A stretch of 64,000 nt of DNA from Oopsacas minuta (taxonomy: Eukaryota > Animalia > Porifera): positions 1 through 64,000 of the forward strand of contig JAKMXF010000318.1 of NCBI GenBank assembly GCA_024704765.1, written 5' to 3'. Below are positions 37,109 through 50,500 of this stretch, piece by piece (the first letter of the stretch is position 1; the number at the start of each line of letters is the position of its first letter). Below the pieces are notes generated by a model. The model saw nothing but the letters and a program-made list of their open reading frames with translations. It had not been told where the DNA came from and did not search any database. A program made the position numbers and the translations under genes.

Positions 37109-37514
37109 ACTAGCCGACAGACGGTCAAAATTTGTTATATCAGGAGTTCGTGTTAACAAGAGTAATACCTAATGAATAACAACTGTAGAGACCTGATTTT
37201 GTGTTAATTTTTGTCCGTCTAATCTGTGGAAATTCGTATTAACCGTGTTCGTAATACAAAGTTCTACTGTCTGTATATTCCATATCAATCTAAATATGTA
37301 CGTAACAGATAATTCACTAAAATGTTTAGTATAATCAAGGTGTACGACAGAAAAGCACTGGGAAACTTCAGTAACTATAAAAGACATCTTTGAAAAGCAA
37401 ATTATACAATTACAATTTACAAATAGTATAAAACAGCAACCTTATTGCTGTGGTAAAATAAGTATCAAAATTCACATAACATGTTTGTAAAATTCCGCAT
37501 TCAATACACCATAT

Positions 37515-37997
37515 TCAAACTGCATGTTTAAGAGTCATTTCCCTCGCAGTTTCGTCATACAATTGTCTATCTTCTCTATAAAGTCTACCCATATCAGCTA
37601 AAATGGGATCATCAGGATTAGGATTAGCGAGTAGAGATGAAATAGCTGTAAGAAGAACAGGGATAGTAACTGTAGATCCCCAACCAGATGGTAAAATATT
37701 ATTAACAGATACTTCTCCTTCTTTGGCAATGTTTGGATGATAGATTGGGGTAATAAATTCTATTTTTGGAGGAAGCACGGGATATGAAGCAGGAAAGTTC
37801 AAATTCACATAAAACATTCCCCCTTCGTAAGGAGAGTCCTTTGGACCTTTTATGGTGGCAACCCATGTGTACATTTCATTGTTTTCATCTCCTCTTGGTT
37901 CTGCAGTCTCCATTTCCATTGGGTTAGCCATCATATATGTTAACTCCTTTTTTAATCTGTTTAATGATACTTTTGATGTATCGAGACTACACCCCAT
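37515..37997 (-). CDS. UBE2D-like E2 variant, copy 3 (Cys replaced by Ser; most divergent)
   Basis: YHPNIAKEGEV-S-VNNILPSGW; TCT at 37707-37709; N-terminal MGC extension. Confidence 0.88.
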   Translation of the reverse strand: MGCSLDTSKVSLNRLKKELTYMMANPMEMETAEPRGDENNEMYTWVATIKGPKDSPYEGGMFYVNLNFPASYPVLPPKIEFITPIYHPNIAKEGEVSVNNILPSGWGSTVTIPVLLTAISSLLANPNPDDPILADMGRLYREDRQLYDETAREMTLKHAV

Positions 37998-38528
37998 CTG
38001 TATAATATACTACTAATATATGTAATATGATTTCAGTATTTACTACGAGCAGCTAGTGACGATAGGAATTAAATTTATCATATTTAGCCTATACAAGAGG
38101 AAATCCGTTTTGGCTCTAAATGCATATGAGTATTGTTGAAAACATTTTGCTCTAATTTTACAGAGACCATATGAAAGAAATTGCAACTGTTCTCTGGTAG
38201 TAGCATAAAATCCGAGTTTATTTAACTTCATGAAACTACTTAACATACACAAAAATCCATTTCATTATCCATGGTATATAATAAATGAGAAGTGCAGTAT
38301 TTGATCAGTCCATAGATTGAATACAACATGACCAAATATAGCTATACGTATTCTATAGAATCTATAGTATAGATAAATAATATAATTCTCATTAAAATAA
38401 GAATCAAATATTGAAAATATAATAAATAAGAGATGAAAAGTAATTTTTCTGTAGACTAGGGTCTATAATAGTAGAATAGTGAGTACTATAAAGGTTAAGT
38501 GAAATTTCGAGATTATTAAATAGTCCAC

Positions 38529-41500
38529 TTAAGAAGTATGGTAATGTAAACACATCCATTTTCCATCAAAGTTCTTCCATACCCTAGTTTCTGGGATATT
38601 TACACTTACATATTTCCCATCAACATCAACATACATAATCTGTTTGGTATAAGAAATACAAGCACCATTCATTCCTATCATATGTACAATTGGATTATTA
38701 ACAGACACACGTTGACCTTTGAACATAGGTAATTCGGCTGGTATTATATTAGTACAATCTGGAGCAGATAATTGACTGTAGAGTTCTGTGTTGTTATAAA
38801 TCTTTGCTTCTGTGATGCTCTGTGTAACAGCTATGACGTCAACAATGAAATCTGCCTCATAATGCCGGAGATCTTCGTCTGGGACATTTGTAGGCATTTT
38901 CTTGGATAATTTTTTAATATTCGTAGATAATTCAAACACAGTAGTTTCAGGATTCTCAGTAATACTGCTTGGTATCTTGAGTAGACAATTTCCATCGTCT
39001 TTAGTGCCTTCTGTTATCAATCTTTTGAATTTGTTTGTCATCATCACAGTACGACCTAGAGTTTTCCATTTACGTCTAGCCTTATTGAACTCTTTCAACC
39101 CATCAATCGTTCTGGATCGGTGCAATCTTGCTGGTACAGTATCGCGTTTAAATACCCAGGGGTGTTTAAGAACTTGTCTAGCAGTAATACGCTGTACTGG
39201 ATCAAAAACAAGCATTTTAGAGATTAAATCTTTTGCTTGTGGAGTGACGTCATTCCATTCTTCGTACCCAAAGAAATCGAACTTCCCTTTGGAGAGGATA
39301 TTCTTAACAGCCCTAGTGTCTGTTTGTGGATAAGGCATATAACCTACCAATAAAATGTATAGGAGAATCCCACATGCCCAGATATCTCCATTTTTGGTGT
39401 AGTACCTATTTTCAAACACTTCAGGAGAAATGTAGCAAGGAGTTCCGGCCATCTCATGATGAATTAGTTTATCAGATTCCAATTCGATTGCTAATCCAAA
39501 GTCTGTGAGTTTTACATCTTTAGGTTCTTCAAAGCTTGTTAAGAGCAAATTCTCCGGCTTGATATCCCTAAGAGATGCAAATCAATCTGCGGAGACATCG
39601 CTGTATCGATTGTTTAATTATTCTAATTTAGTATTTTAGCATTCAAAAGTATCAAGTTAGATTGTACTATAATCAAAGGCGTATCATTTTAATGAAGACA
39701 GGTACAAAATTAAGTAGATATGAAACTGGCATGGCTCCCTACGTATAAAGTGTAGAGAGATGTCACAGAGAGAGGGAATTACCTTGCTGAAAGGATGTCC
39801 ACAAACTACTGGTTATTGTACATAACTTTTACAAAGAAAATTACAAGACTTATATTCTACAATATTGACTGATTAATTAGAAATCAAAACGTGATATTGG
39901 AGGAGGGATTCGTTTATGATATATAATTCATTTGTCAATAATCCAGGAATCTGAGGAGTTCATTTGCAATACTGGGATTCTGAGATTTGGAATTGAATTC
40001 GGGAAAATATTCGTTAGTTATCTATAGAAGTTCAATATACCTAGAATATATATTTCAGATATGCTAAACTCCATCATACTTCTTCTATGAATAATTCTGA
40101 ATACTTTTAGGAATATCCAAATGGAAGATGGAATATTAATATTAATTAAATCTAGGGAAATAGTTGCATGAATTTCCCCAGAGATGATGATGATGAAATA
40201 TACGTATAAATTCAGAATTATTTTTTAATATTTTAAAGAAACTTACAATTTCTATTTTTGTTTTATGGGAAAACTAATAGTAATTTTATGTACAAAAGAA
40301 AGGTAATACATAAAAATAAACAAAAATAAGTGAATGGGAAAAATGTTTGTTTTACAGAAGTGTAACTAGGGTAAATCATGAAGAATGTAAGTGAACACAT
40401 TTCCAAACATCACCATTATTCTCCCAAAGGCAAGTTTCAAGTGTTTGATGCGTCATATGTGTATTTTCTTCATTAACATATTGAATTAACTTTGAATAGG
40501 AAATGCAAGCACCGGTTGAACCTATTTTCTTAACTCTCGGATTAATAATAGTTACTTGAACTGTATCACCGAAATTAATATTCAAATCAAGCTCAAATTT
40601 CGTAAAATTCCCAGTACAAATTGAACCACAAGTTTTTGAATCATTCATGGCCATAACTTTACAAAAGTTAGCTGTTAGCGAGATAATTTCATTCAAAAAG
40701 TCTTCATCAAGACTGCCAACTTTTGTTAGCATCGGCAAGCTAACATTCCCAGAGACTTTCCTTTGGCTATCTTGTGGTTTTCCAATTGTATTATCTGATT
40801 TGTGTTTGTCATTAAGAAGCATACCGAATCGTTGTGAAACCATTGTACTAATAATAGCACCCTTTAGCTTACGTCGAGCGTTAAACTTTTTCAAACCTTG
40901 AATGGTGTTCTGATGGTGCAATTTCGAAGCAAACTCTTCTCTATAATTAATCCATGGATGGTTTAAAGCTTCTCTAGCAGAAATACGCTTGCTTTGATCA
41001 GTTTTGAGCAGTTGATTAATCAGAGATTTGGCTTCGTCAGTTATTGAATCCCATTCTGGTGAATAAAATTCATATTTTCCTTCAGAGATTATTTTTGAGA
41101 GAACTTTCTCATTATCATCCCAAAAAGGTGGATAACCAACTAACAAGATGTATAAGATTACCCCGCATGCCCATACATCAACAGGTTTTCCATAAATTTC
41201 CTTATTCACTATTTCAGGAGCAAAGTAGCCTAATGTACCAGCAATTTTGTGGTAACCAAGAACGTCTTCTGGAATCCATAATGCTAATGCGAAATTCCCA
41301 AGTTTGATATCCGAGTTTGCTTCTTGGGTTTTGAGTAGTAGATTCTCAGGTTTGATATCCCTATTGGAAGATTGATCAAAAACAAAACTCAATATTTTTG
41401 GAATTTTCTTACAGTGAGAAACTATTAAGCTACTAATTCATTAAATTGAAATTTGATAAGATATTTTTCCAAAAAATTCTATCTATTTCTAACTCAGTTA

Positions 41501-44500
41501 TTCACACACCAAATTTGAGGAAAGCAACATTAAACAAAATTAGAACTAAACTATTGCCTGATTCCCACTGAGTCGAAAGGAACTTAAGCTCATAAATAGC
41601 TTGTAAAATAATTAAATGTAAATTAATACGACAAGGAATAACAGCATAATAAGAAACAATTACTTTAAAAGCATTGAAAGTTAAAAACAATTAAGCAATA
41701 GATACTAGACTGTAAGCATAATATATTGTTACTTGAAGTAACGAAAAGTTATTAGTTCATTATAAGATTATATTAACTAGGATACGCGTGTAGCTCATTT
41801 TGTGTTTATTATCCTTACATATGCTAGCTAATTACAAATCACTAGACAGGGAAAATCAGTATAATCTAACCTTTACAGTAAGGCAAGAATTGTACACAAA
41901 TTTCAGTTATAGTTACTTTGAAAATATTTGAATGAAATATTACTGTCGAAAGCGAATATTTTGCCAAGCAAAATGCACTAGAAAAGTGTCAATAAACCCA
42001 ACGAGTTTTGTATATATTATGGAGAAAGAAGGACAATCGAGGAGGCAAAACGTGGAGGTAATTGAACCCGTCCGATTTCGACCGAATAATCATTTAAGAA
42101 CTGTTAGAATAAAATAAGAAACAAATCAAATAACCAACAATGATAGTGAACTACTAAAACGCCAAGATAATATATATTATACGTAAATGAATAATTATAC
42201 AAATCTTCTCATACAATAATCCTATCGATAACATGTGTACTGCCACTTTAGATTGATGAGTTCATTCTTACATCAACAAGTGTTGAAAATTAAAACGCAG
42301 AGACAAGAATACCAGTTGATACTTGAATTATGTTAATTCTAGTATCAGTGTGCAGGTGAATATTCTAGTAGGCATCATGATAATTTCAATACTAATGATA
42401 AACTGTACTAGAGTTGAGTTCTCAAGTTGTGTTGATTTTCAGTATCATTACGTAATGAATATAATAAACAGCAGATAGCTGCAGTAGGGGTATCACCGCC
42501 TATAACCACGAGGTATGCTAGGTGATCTCAATTCCATTATCTTTATTTTCAAGAAATTCATTTTAGCCTGCTTTACTTAATCCTTGGACTTACAAATTGA
42601 AATCATCGTTAAAATCAACCACGTGGGTTACTGGATAGTTAATTCTTTTGCAATATTTCATTGACATGGTATAACTGTTTATAGCTATTGTGAGTTCAGA
42701 ATATTCAGGCTTATGTAGCGCGGATTTAGGCTCATTTTTTGAACTAATATTTACCTAAGAGTACGAAAGACTCCTATGTCGTAATGTAAAATGTATAGTC
42801 TAGGAATCTAAGCGTATGAAAAATATTAGAATACACTCTTAGGCTGTCAGTACATGAATGAAACACTGTCAGATAATTATAAGTGAATCAGAATGAAATT
42901 CACAGGCAGTATATCTCCTTAGATCCTCTTAAAATTCGCCATTCTCAATCCTCTCGTATCCTCACTTTTTGCCAATTTATTCGAATATTTATATAACAAA
43001 TCGGCTAACCTGATGATAAAGATTATTATTACTATTCCTCATAAAATAGAGTTCTCATAGAGTTTATACACAATTTTAAGTATGCAATGAATATTAATGA
43101 TTACTAACCTCACTTTATTTATGAAATTATACTAATTCAATTAGTGAATTCATCTAATGAATAAATAGCAATTTTAAGCAAATCAACAGGTTGTCTGTAA
43201 AGATAATTCATTAAATCTACGTCTATAGATGTATACTATTCTTCAGCTGTCTCAATCACCCAATATGGTTACTGTAATTAATCTGTCTCGCACTCCATTT
43301 AATGGATCATTTCCATCAATTCAACTCATTAGATAGAATAATGCACTGTATAATATCAAAATCATATTACCATATGGTATCATCTGACGTAATTAAAGGA
43401 ATGTATCATGTATGTGATTGTAATTGCCTCAAATGATACTATGGTTAAATTGCACAATATGAAGGTGTGGTTAGAAAAATACGATTCAGTACTTTCCATA
43501 CATTAAATGTAAATAGCTACGGACATTATAAATCCTGAAAGTTAATCAAATCCCTTGTTACTCAATATGTCATTGCCACGTATATTACGCAATATACTAT
43601 TAATTTCAATTGTACTATTTTAGTTCCTATATGAGGATGCAGGCGGTAATATCATTATTATGTATTATAGAAGGATTAACATTAGAATTGGAGTTACCTA
43701 CCATTATTTGTGGGTATCACAGGTGGTGGTGTATAAATAAAATCTGCTGATGTGAAAAATAAGAAAAATGCATGTTTTAGGTTTTAATTTCTTGTATAAA
43801 TATGTAAAGTTCATAGAAAAGTAATCACAAAGCAATGCTTGTAGGATGTAAAAAATATCCAATTGTAATCAACCCTCGGGGAAAGTATACGAGAGAGATC
43901 TTTGAGAGGAAAATTAGTACCCAAAATTAAGGATATTAATAAGATAAATTAACAGAGATTCCATTAATAGTAGTGGACAAATTCTTTGGAAATATATGAT
44001 GGCATTAAAATGTATAATCCACTTAATATGCACAGCTAAATATAGATATTATTGAAATTATCATCAGAGCAATTAATATTGCAATTTTTTGTTATCAAAA
44101 TACGCTTACTTTTTGTCAAGTTTGTAATAATTATATAACGTGTATAAATGGCATAATAAGGTAGTTTTCTGACTATTGACTGATATCGAATAATCGATAT
44201 TTTCGGAAATTCGATGATTTGCAAACACATTAAGTCTTCTAAATTATCGATTAAGCCTCATAAACAGACATCTTACTCCAGCATAAACTATCTAAGGATA
44301 CGAGAAATTCCAACATGAATTCCATGTTTAATATCTCAGTGAATCGAGGAAATGCCTTTTTGAAGGTTTCAAAATAAGGTTAATTTTCGCGAGAATTGCC
44401 GATTAACTTTACGTAGAAGAACTAAAGAATCTAATCTAAATGTATTGTAATTATACACGAATTATACACTAGTTGATAGCTGATATAACTTAAGAATTGT

Positions 44501-47500
44501 GTTAGCAAGAAAAATGCATACTGCTCCAACTTCTATTAATCATGTTTTGCGTGGTTGGTGGTGAGAGAAAAGTGCCTTGATCCGCATCTGTTATAGGAGA
44601 GTTTAAAACAGATCGAAGATAAAAGTAGAAAACTTTTAAATCAACAAAATTTTCAACTTTCAGCTGATGCCAATAATCTAAACATTTTCTCAAGAATGTT
44701 ACATATAATACTTTTGGTAATTGATAATTAGATTTGAGGTTAATATGAAGGAAAATCGGTGAAATATCTAATGAATCATATTTGTGAGTTTAAGAACATT
44801 CATAAGTTCGAAAATAATAGATACGGGATATGTGTATTTTTGTTGAAAATAGCAATGCCCACCCATTAGAACAAAGCCATGTTTGAATTTTCTTTGGACA
44901 ATAAAAGTCAAGGGAACTTTTTGAAGCGAACGAAATCTAAAAATCATATGATTTTTCGGCCAAAATAACCACAATGAACGAACTCTCATAGAAAAATTAA
45001 AATCATATAAATTCAATTCACAAAGGTATAAAAGGTGCATAGGAACAGATAACTAACTTCCAGAACAAAAGAAACGGAATATACTGAGAATATAAATCAC
45101 TGAATGTGAATAATCAGTTATAAGAATCCTAATGATAAACTATAAGGAATCATATCCGAGCAGTAAGGCACTGAGGTAAAGACATTGGCTTCTAACATCT
45201 GACAGGTTGATACAGATCACACAGAGAAGACGTTATACATGTGCAAACGGGCGTTTGAATCATGTTAATCATGTTAATGTCAATGAAAAGCGTATAGATA
45301 TTGTGTATGCTAATTTAGAATAATAATAATAATAACAATCTTTAACGCTTGGATTATATTACTAAACATTGGTTTGAAATCAGAGGAATGCTATTATTAT
45401 TATTATTGAAATAATGCTAATCAAAGAATTGAATTATCTATTCGGATAGTACAGCCACAAAAATCACAGTAAAATAGGTTAGAAATACGTATTTTAAACA
45501 AAGAAAACAAAATAAAACAAAGTATTATAATTCTACAATTGATCTGAAATAATAATCAAATTACTGGTGTGTTATCTGTGAAATATTGTGTGTCTATGAA
45601 TACCATAAAATTCGCTTAATAAGGGTATGCAGGTTGTACTAAAAATATCTTGCAGTCAGTATTAACAACATATTTTGACAATCTGAATAAGTATATTCCA
45701 GTGCATTTCCTTGAGGTCTGTGGTCCATTTTCAAGGTGTTTGCAGTAATATTTTATACAAAAATATTGTACTTTAAGATGGTATGTCATGCCGCTTGTAC
45801 TTTTTGTAGAAAGTGTCGAATATAATACGTATCATGATATTATACATAATCTGAATATTTTACAGTCTTCAAAAATTACGTTCTAATATACGCCCAAAAG
45901 GCAGTTTAAAATTTGTTATTTCAGAAAGAAAGAGTCAAACCAGATCTATCATAAATGAAATATTATACTTTACAACAGCAAGTTAGTCAACACCTAAAAC
46001 AAATTCAAATATGTGTACTTCCTACATTTCTTACAAACCAAAGTTCATGTGTTGCCGAAGCTAATCTCACAAGAGACGTCCCCTGGTTCAAGTAAAAGTT
46101 CAAATTGTGAATTAATTGTATTCTAATAGAAGCGAACATGTTGAAATGCATGATGATAATAAAAAATTAGCCAGATTCGGTGGAATTATACAGAATAATA
46201 TTAGTATGCTTTAAGATAAAAATCTTCTGAGAATACATAACTTGTTCTGTCTACAGCTGTAACGAAACATTGACACGATTCATACATTTCTTCTGTTTGT
46301 GATCTCATGTTGTAAATTTCTTCCTTTATTTTGGAAATATTCGTTAGTGTTTCGTTTGATTTTTTCTCGATTCCTTTCCTCATTGCGACTGTTTGTTTCC
46401 AGAATAATTGTGTGTCTTCATCTTCTTCTCCTCCTGGGACACGAACAACATCGTCATAGAAATAAAACTGATCGACATTTGCTGTACTGGGTTCTTCTAC
46501 TGTTTCTTTATACTTTTTTTCGTTCAATTTTTGTGTTAAGAATGGAATAAATGTGAGTGAAGCAGTATTTCTTATAACTCTGCCAACGCGAGACATATTG
46601 AATAATATTGGTGATGATTTTTGTGAAAGATATATTTTAATATTCAACAGAAAACTGCTTGCTTATATAGTAAACCAATTCTATGTGTTTGTGCACTGAA
46701 CCAACTCTATGAAGTGCTTATAAGTCAGTTATGATGAAAGTTGGAATTGAATTGAGAAGTATTGAAACATAAAGTTTACTATAGTTATACTGAAGTTCGT
46801 CATTAACTAATTAGGATATAACAATATGTTTTCGATGTTGAAATAGACAAAGTAATAACTGCCTAGTAAGATATAAAATGGGGGGTGGGGGTGGGGGTGG
46901 GGAGTGATAATAGTATGGGTTCCACATTGTTAATTATTTGTATTAGAAAAGTACTCACTTTATAAATATACAAGCATGGACATTTATAATGTACTAATAC
47001 GTACAATCTCTTGTGTTCTTAGTTGGTCGATCTTCAAAGTCAATTACATAAGTATACCAACAGCTTAAATATTATTCAGATTCTTACAATTTACTGTATA
47101 AACTATTCCGCGTTGTCTACAGCTAGTATTTAATTTTTTCGGCCTAGCATATGAGCCTTGCGTAACGAGTATTCTACAAATATTTCCAGATCTACGATAT
47201 CAATATTAGACAAGCACTACATAGATACGTAGTTGGATTTTCATAGCTTGGGCATTATCCTTGATGATTAATTAAATATAATTTACTAATTTGGGTATAG
47301 GTCATTGTAAATATTACGTTTATGATTAGTAGTACAGGTTTAAAGACGATTTATTTCTTAAATATTCGAGTTGCATGCCAGTCTATATTGTCACGTTTTT
47401 CTGCAGCTAGAAGTTGTCAGAATATTTTCTGAACATTGTAAACTAGCAAGCCAAAATAAAAATGAATACTAATATCACGCTGAGTTCAGTAAACTCTCGA

Positions 47501-50500
47501 CCCGCGAAATTACCGCCATTAATTCGTACACACAAAAATTCATGATTAATTGGAAATTCTGAAAATATTAATTGCTGCAAATATTTGAATTCTTCTTGTG
47601 CTAATTAACTCCATTAGAACTACTAACATCAACGGAGAACTATAGTATAATGTTATGAACCACAAATAAACACACAACACATAAATACATAATTTTTTGT
47701 TATTAGATTTATGGATAATCATGCACAGTTGTAAAGTACATATAAATGTTATGTGTTGCCTTATCGGATAGAATTGGGGCAGAAAACAAATTTACATTCA
47801 TATTATAGATTGTTATAGCGTGCTATCTACTGGTAGATGAGTTGCAGGTTGCTATGGTGGGTTAAGAGGAATGTAGAGTGTAATGATTTCGTGGTGCAAT
47901 TGAAAGTTCATTTCACAGTTGAAGGCACAATAAATACATTAGTTCTACCCGAAAGAGGATATTACGATGTAATAGTCAATATATTCAGGCAAATATAACT
48001 TTATCAAAGCTCAATAATATGACGTAAAACAGTCAAGCATTACTTTAATGTTTCTATATATATTCAGTAGCAGTTTATATCCGCTATATCAGATACTTGG
48101 GAAATCAGAATTTTTGAGATAGCGGATGTCAAAATTTGAAAGCACAAATTTATGAATCAAAACTCGAAAATACTATTGATACTATAGAAAATCTATAAGG
48201 AAAGCTTTTGATTTTTCCTAACTTTGGCTCATAAACCAAGAAATAATGTCAAAAACTGTCACTAACAAAATGCTATCGTGCCACATACAATAGCCCTTAT
48301 GCATGACACACAATATAGAATTCCTTTCCAATGAACTAGTATGGTATTAATGACTCTGAGCATAACTAATTCAAAGAAAACACATACAATATATCTTGTT
48401 AATAAGAATCCAACTGACATGTGTCAAGTAAATGCTCTGCACTTGTGTTATGCAAATCTTCAAGAGACAAATACTTGTAATCAATAAATAATACACTAAG
48501 TATTCAGAAACTGGTCCTAAGAGCTTCAATTAATGCAATAATGAAGTGATTAAAATCATACAAAATACTCACATAAAAGTACTAATAGAGCATGGAGATA
48601 CAAATACATTACTAACACAAACATTTGTATTAGGGAAGCATGTAAAATACTTAGTATGAAGGTACAGCAATAGAATGTAACCTTTTAGATGTAAATATCC
48701 TTGTTAAAACATGCTCTATAGAAGTGTATCAACAGTGTTAATAAATTATTCTTTTAATAAAGTATTCAACCTTGAGTACCACATGATACATCATAATAGG
48801 AAGGTGATAATATAATAATTGGTTTATGTTTCATATAATAATAAAATTTGTTATTCATATATGAAAAGCATATAATTACAAGGAAGTTTATGGATTCAGT
48901 TATTTGTAGAATTATCAGTGCTTTTTGGTAAAGAATTTTAGAATTTGACAATAGTTGAAAAGGTCGTTTAAAGAAATCACCTGTTTTCGTAAATCAGCCT
49001 TAAATGGATATAAGATATGTAAAATAGCTTAGAAATCTGTGCTAAACAGCTGGGGATAACATATGTTAGTAGACATAAGTATATAACATATTTGTGTAAA
49101 GACCAAACAGGTGATGATTTGTAGCAAAGTTCCACATAAAAAAAAAAGTGAAATATATCAGTAATGGAGCATATCCGTAGAACTTTTACAAGCAGATTAT
49201 CTATAATATAATATATATTATCAATTCATTATTGCAATTACGTGCATACGGTATCGTATAGAACTGTTCTTAACCTTTACATAATTAATATTATATTATC
49301 TGCACAATCTATGATAAGATTTTAGTTAAGTTTCACAAGTTACAACCATAATTATTTGAAATGCAAAGATATGGAAAGTTTTAAACTATAAAGAGTAGCT
49401 TCAGGAAGGAGTTTCTGCTATTGTAAGCACCAAGATATCTGTCGCATAAACCAAATATTTTGAATATGCTGTCATTTAGCAAAATACAACCGTTGTAGAA
49501 ACCATAAAAATGCATTTAATATTCTAATTCATAATATGGCGTATTATTAAATAACAATTAAACACATCAAATACTATATCCATATGTCAAGGTGAGGAAC
49601 TTTAGAGTATGCAAATATTTCTATGTTCTCATTATTACTATTATGATAATTCCATTATCTTGTATGTAGTACATCTGCAGGATCCACACACACAGTCTCA
49701 CCTAAATATATTGGGTATATGCAAATACAGATTGTAACTTGTTTAGTTTTTATTAGTTACAAATTAATTCCATAATTACTTGTTGATGAAGTAATTATAT
49801 CTTTTAACACAATTACTTAGAAACATCCACCACTCTCATAATATGTAAACAGAGATCGAACTGACTTGATAAACAAAATTTTTAAAGGAAAGACGTAAAC
49901 AGAGATTAAATGATGGATTAAATGTAATATCAGATTATTAAATGAAGCACAGACAGAAAGTCACTCATTAAAATTAATTTTTGGGAAATAAACTTTGAAT
50001 TTTGGTTGTGATGTCGGATTCAAAAATTTGATGGTAAGTTACTTAATGATTTATGGCATTGTTACTACGATCGTAAACAAGTAAGGGAAGGAGAATGAGA
50101 GGACATCAACAAGAAATTACTGTATTACATGGCGATAGGAACAGCCAGGACCCGTCAAGTTGGCCAGGCGTCCACCGGTCCAACATTTGGACTGCTAATA
50201 GAAACAGTATTAGTCACCCAGATCAACTTTGGTGTCTGTATATATTTTATATAGGTAAATATGATCAATTGTAATATGCTTGCTACTACCTTGTATCATA
50301 CTCAGTGTGACTATTTACCTAAAATTTCACCGACTAAACTCAGTTAATAAGTTTTCATTGAAAACGATACGAATAATAAAGACATAATATACGTATTTGC
50401 CAACTCATTTCAGATAGCGAAATTTTACGATTTTCTAATGGTTTCGCCCGGATAGGTTATGTGGCATTCTAACATGTAATTCATTTAATTATTCTAAAGA

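Noticed and set aside
42019-42057. Possible plus-strand first exon [13 protein letters not shown] followed by a GT donor
   Set aside because: I could not find phase-compatible downstream exons giving a sensible protein.
44502-44693. ORF with [16 protein letters not shown] resembling a hAT transposase dimerisation domain
   Set aside because: Too short and degenerate, with no TIRs, target-site duplication or other transposase segment recognised; not supportable by eye.
45308-45420. Short (TAA)n and (TAT)n tracts
   Set aside because: Ordinary microsatellites in AT-rich intron DNA.
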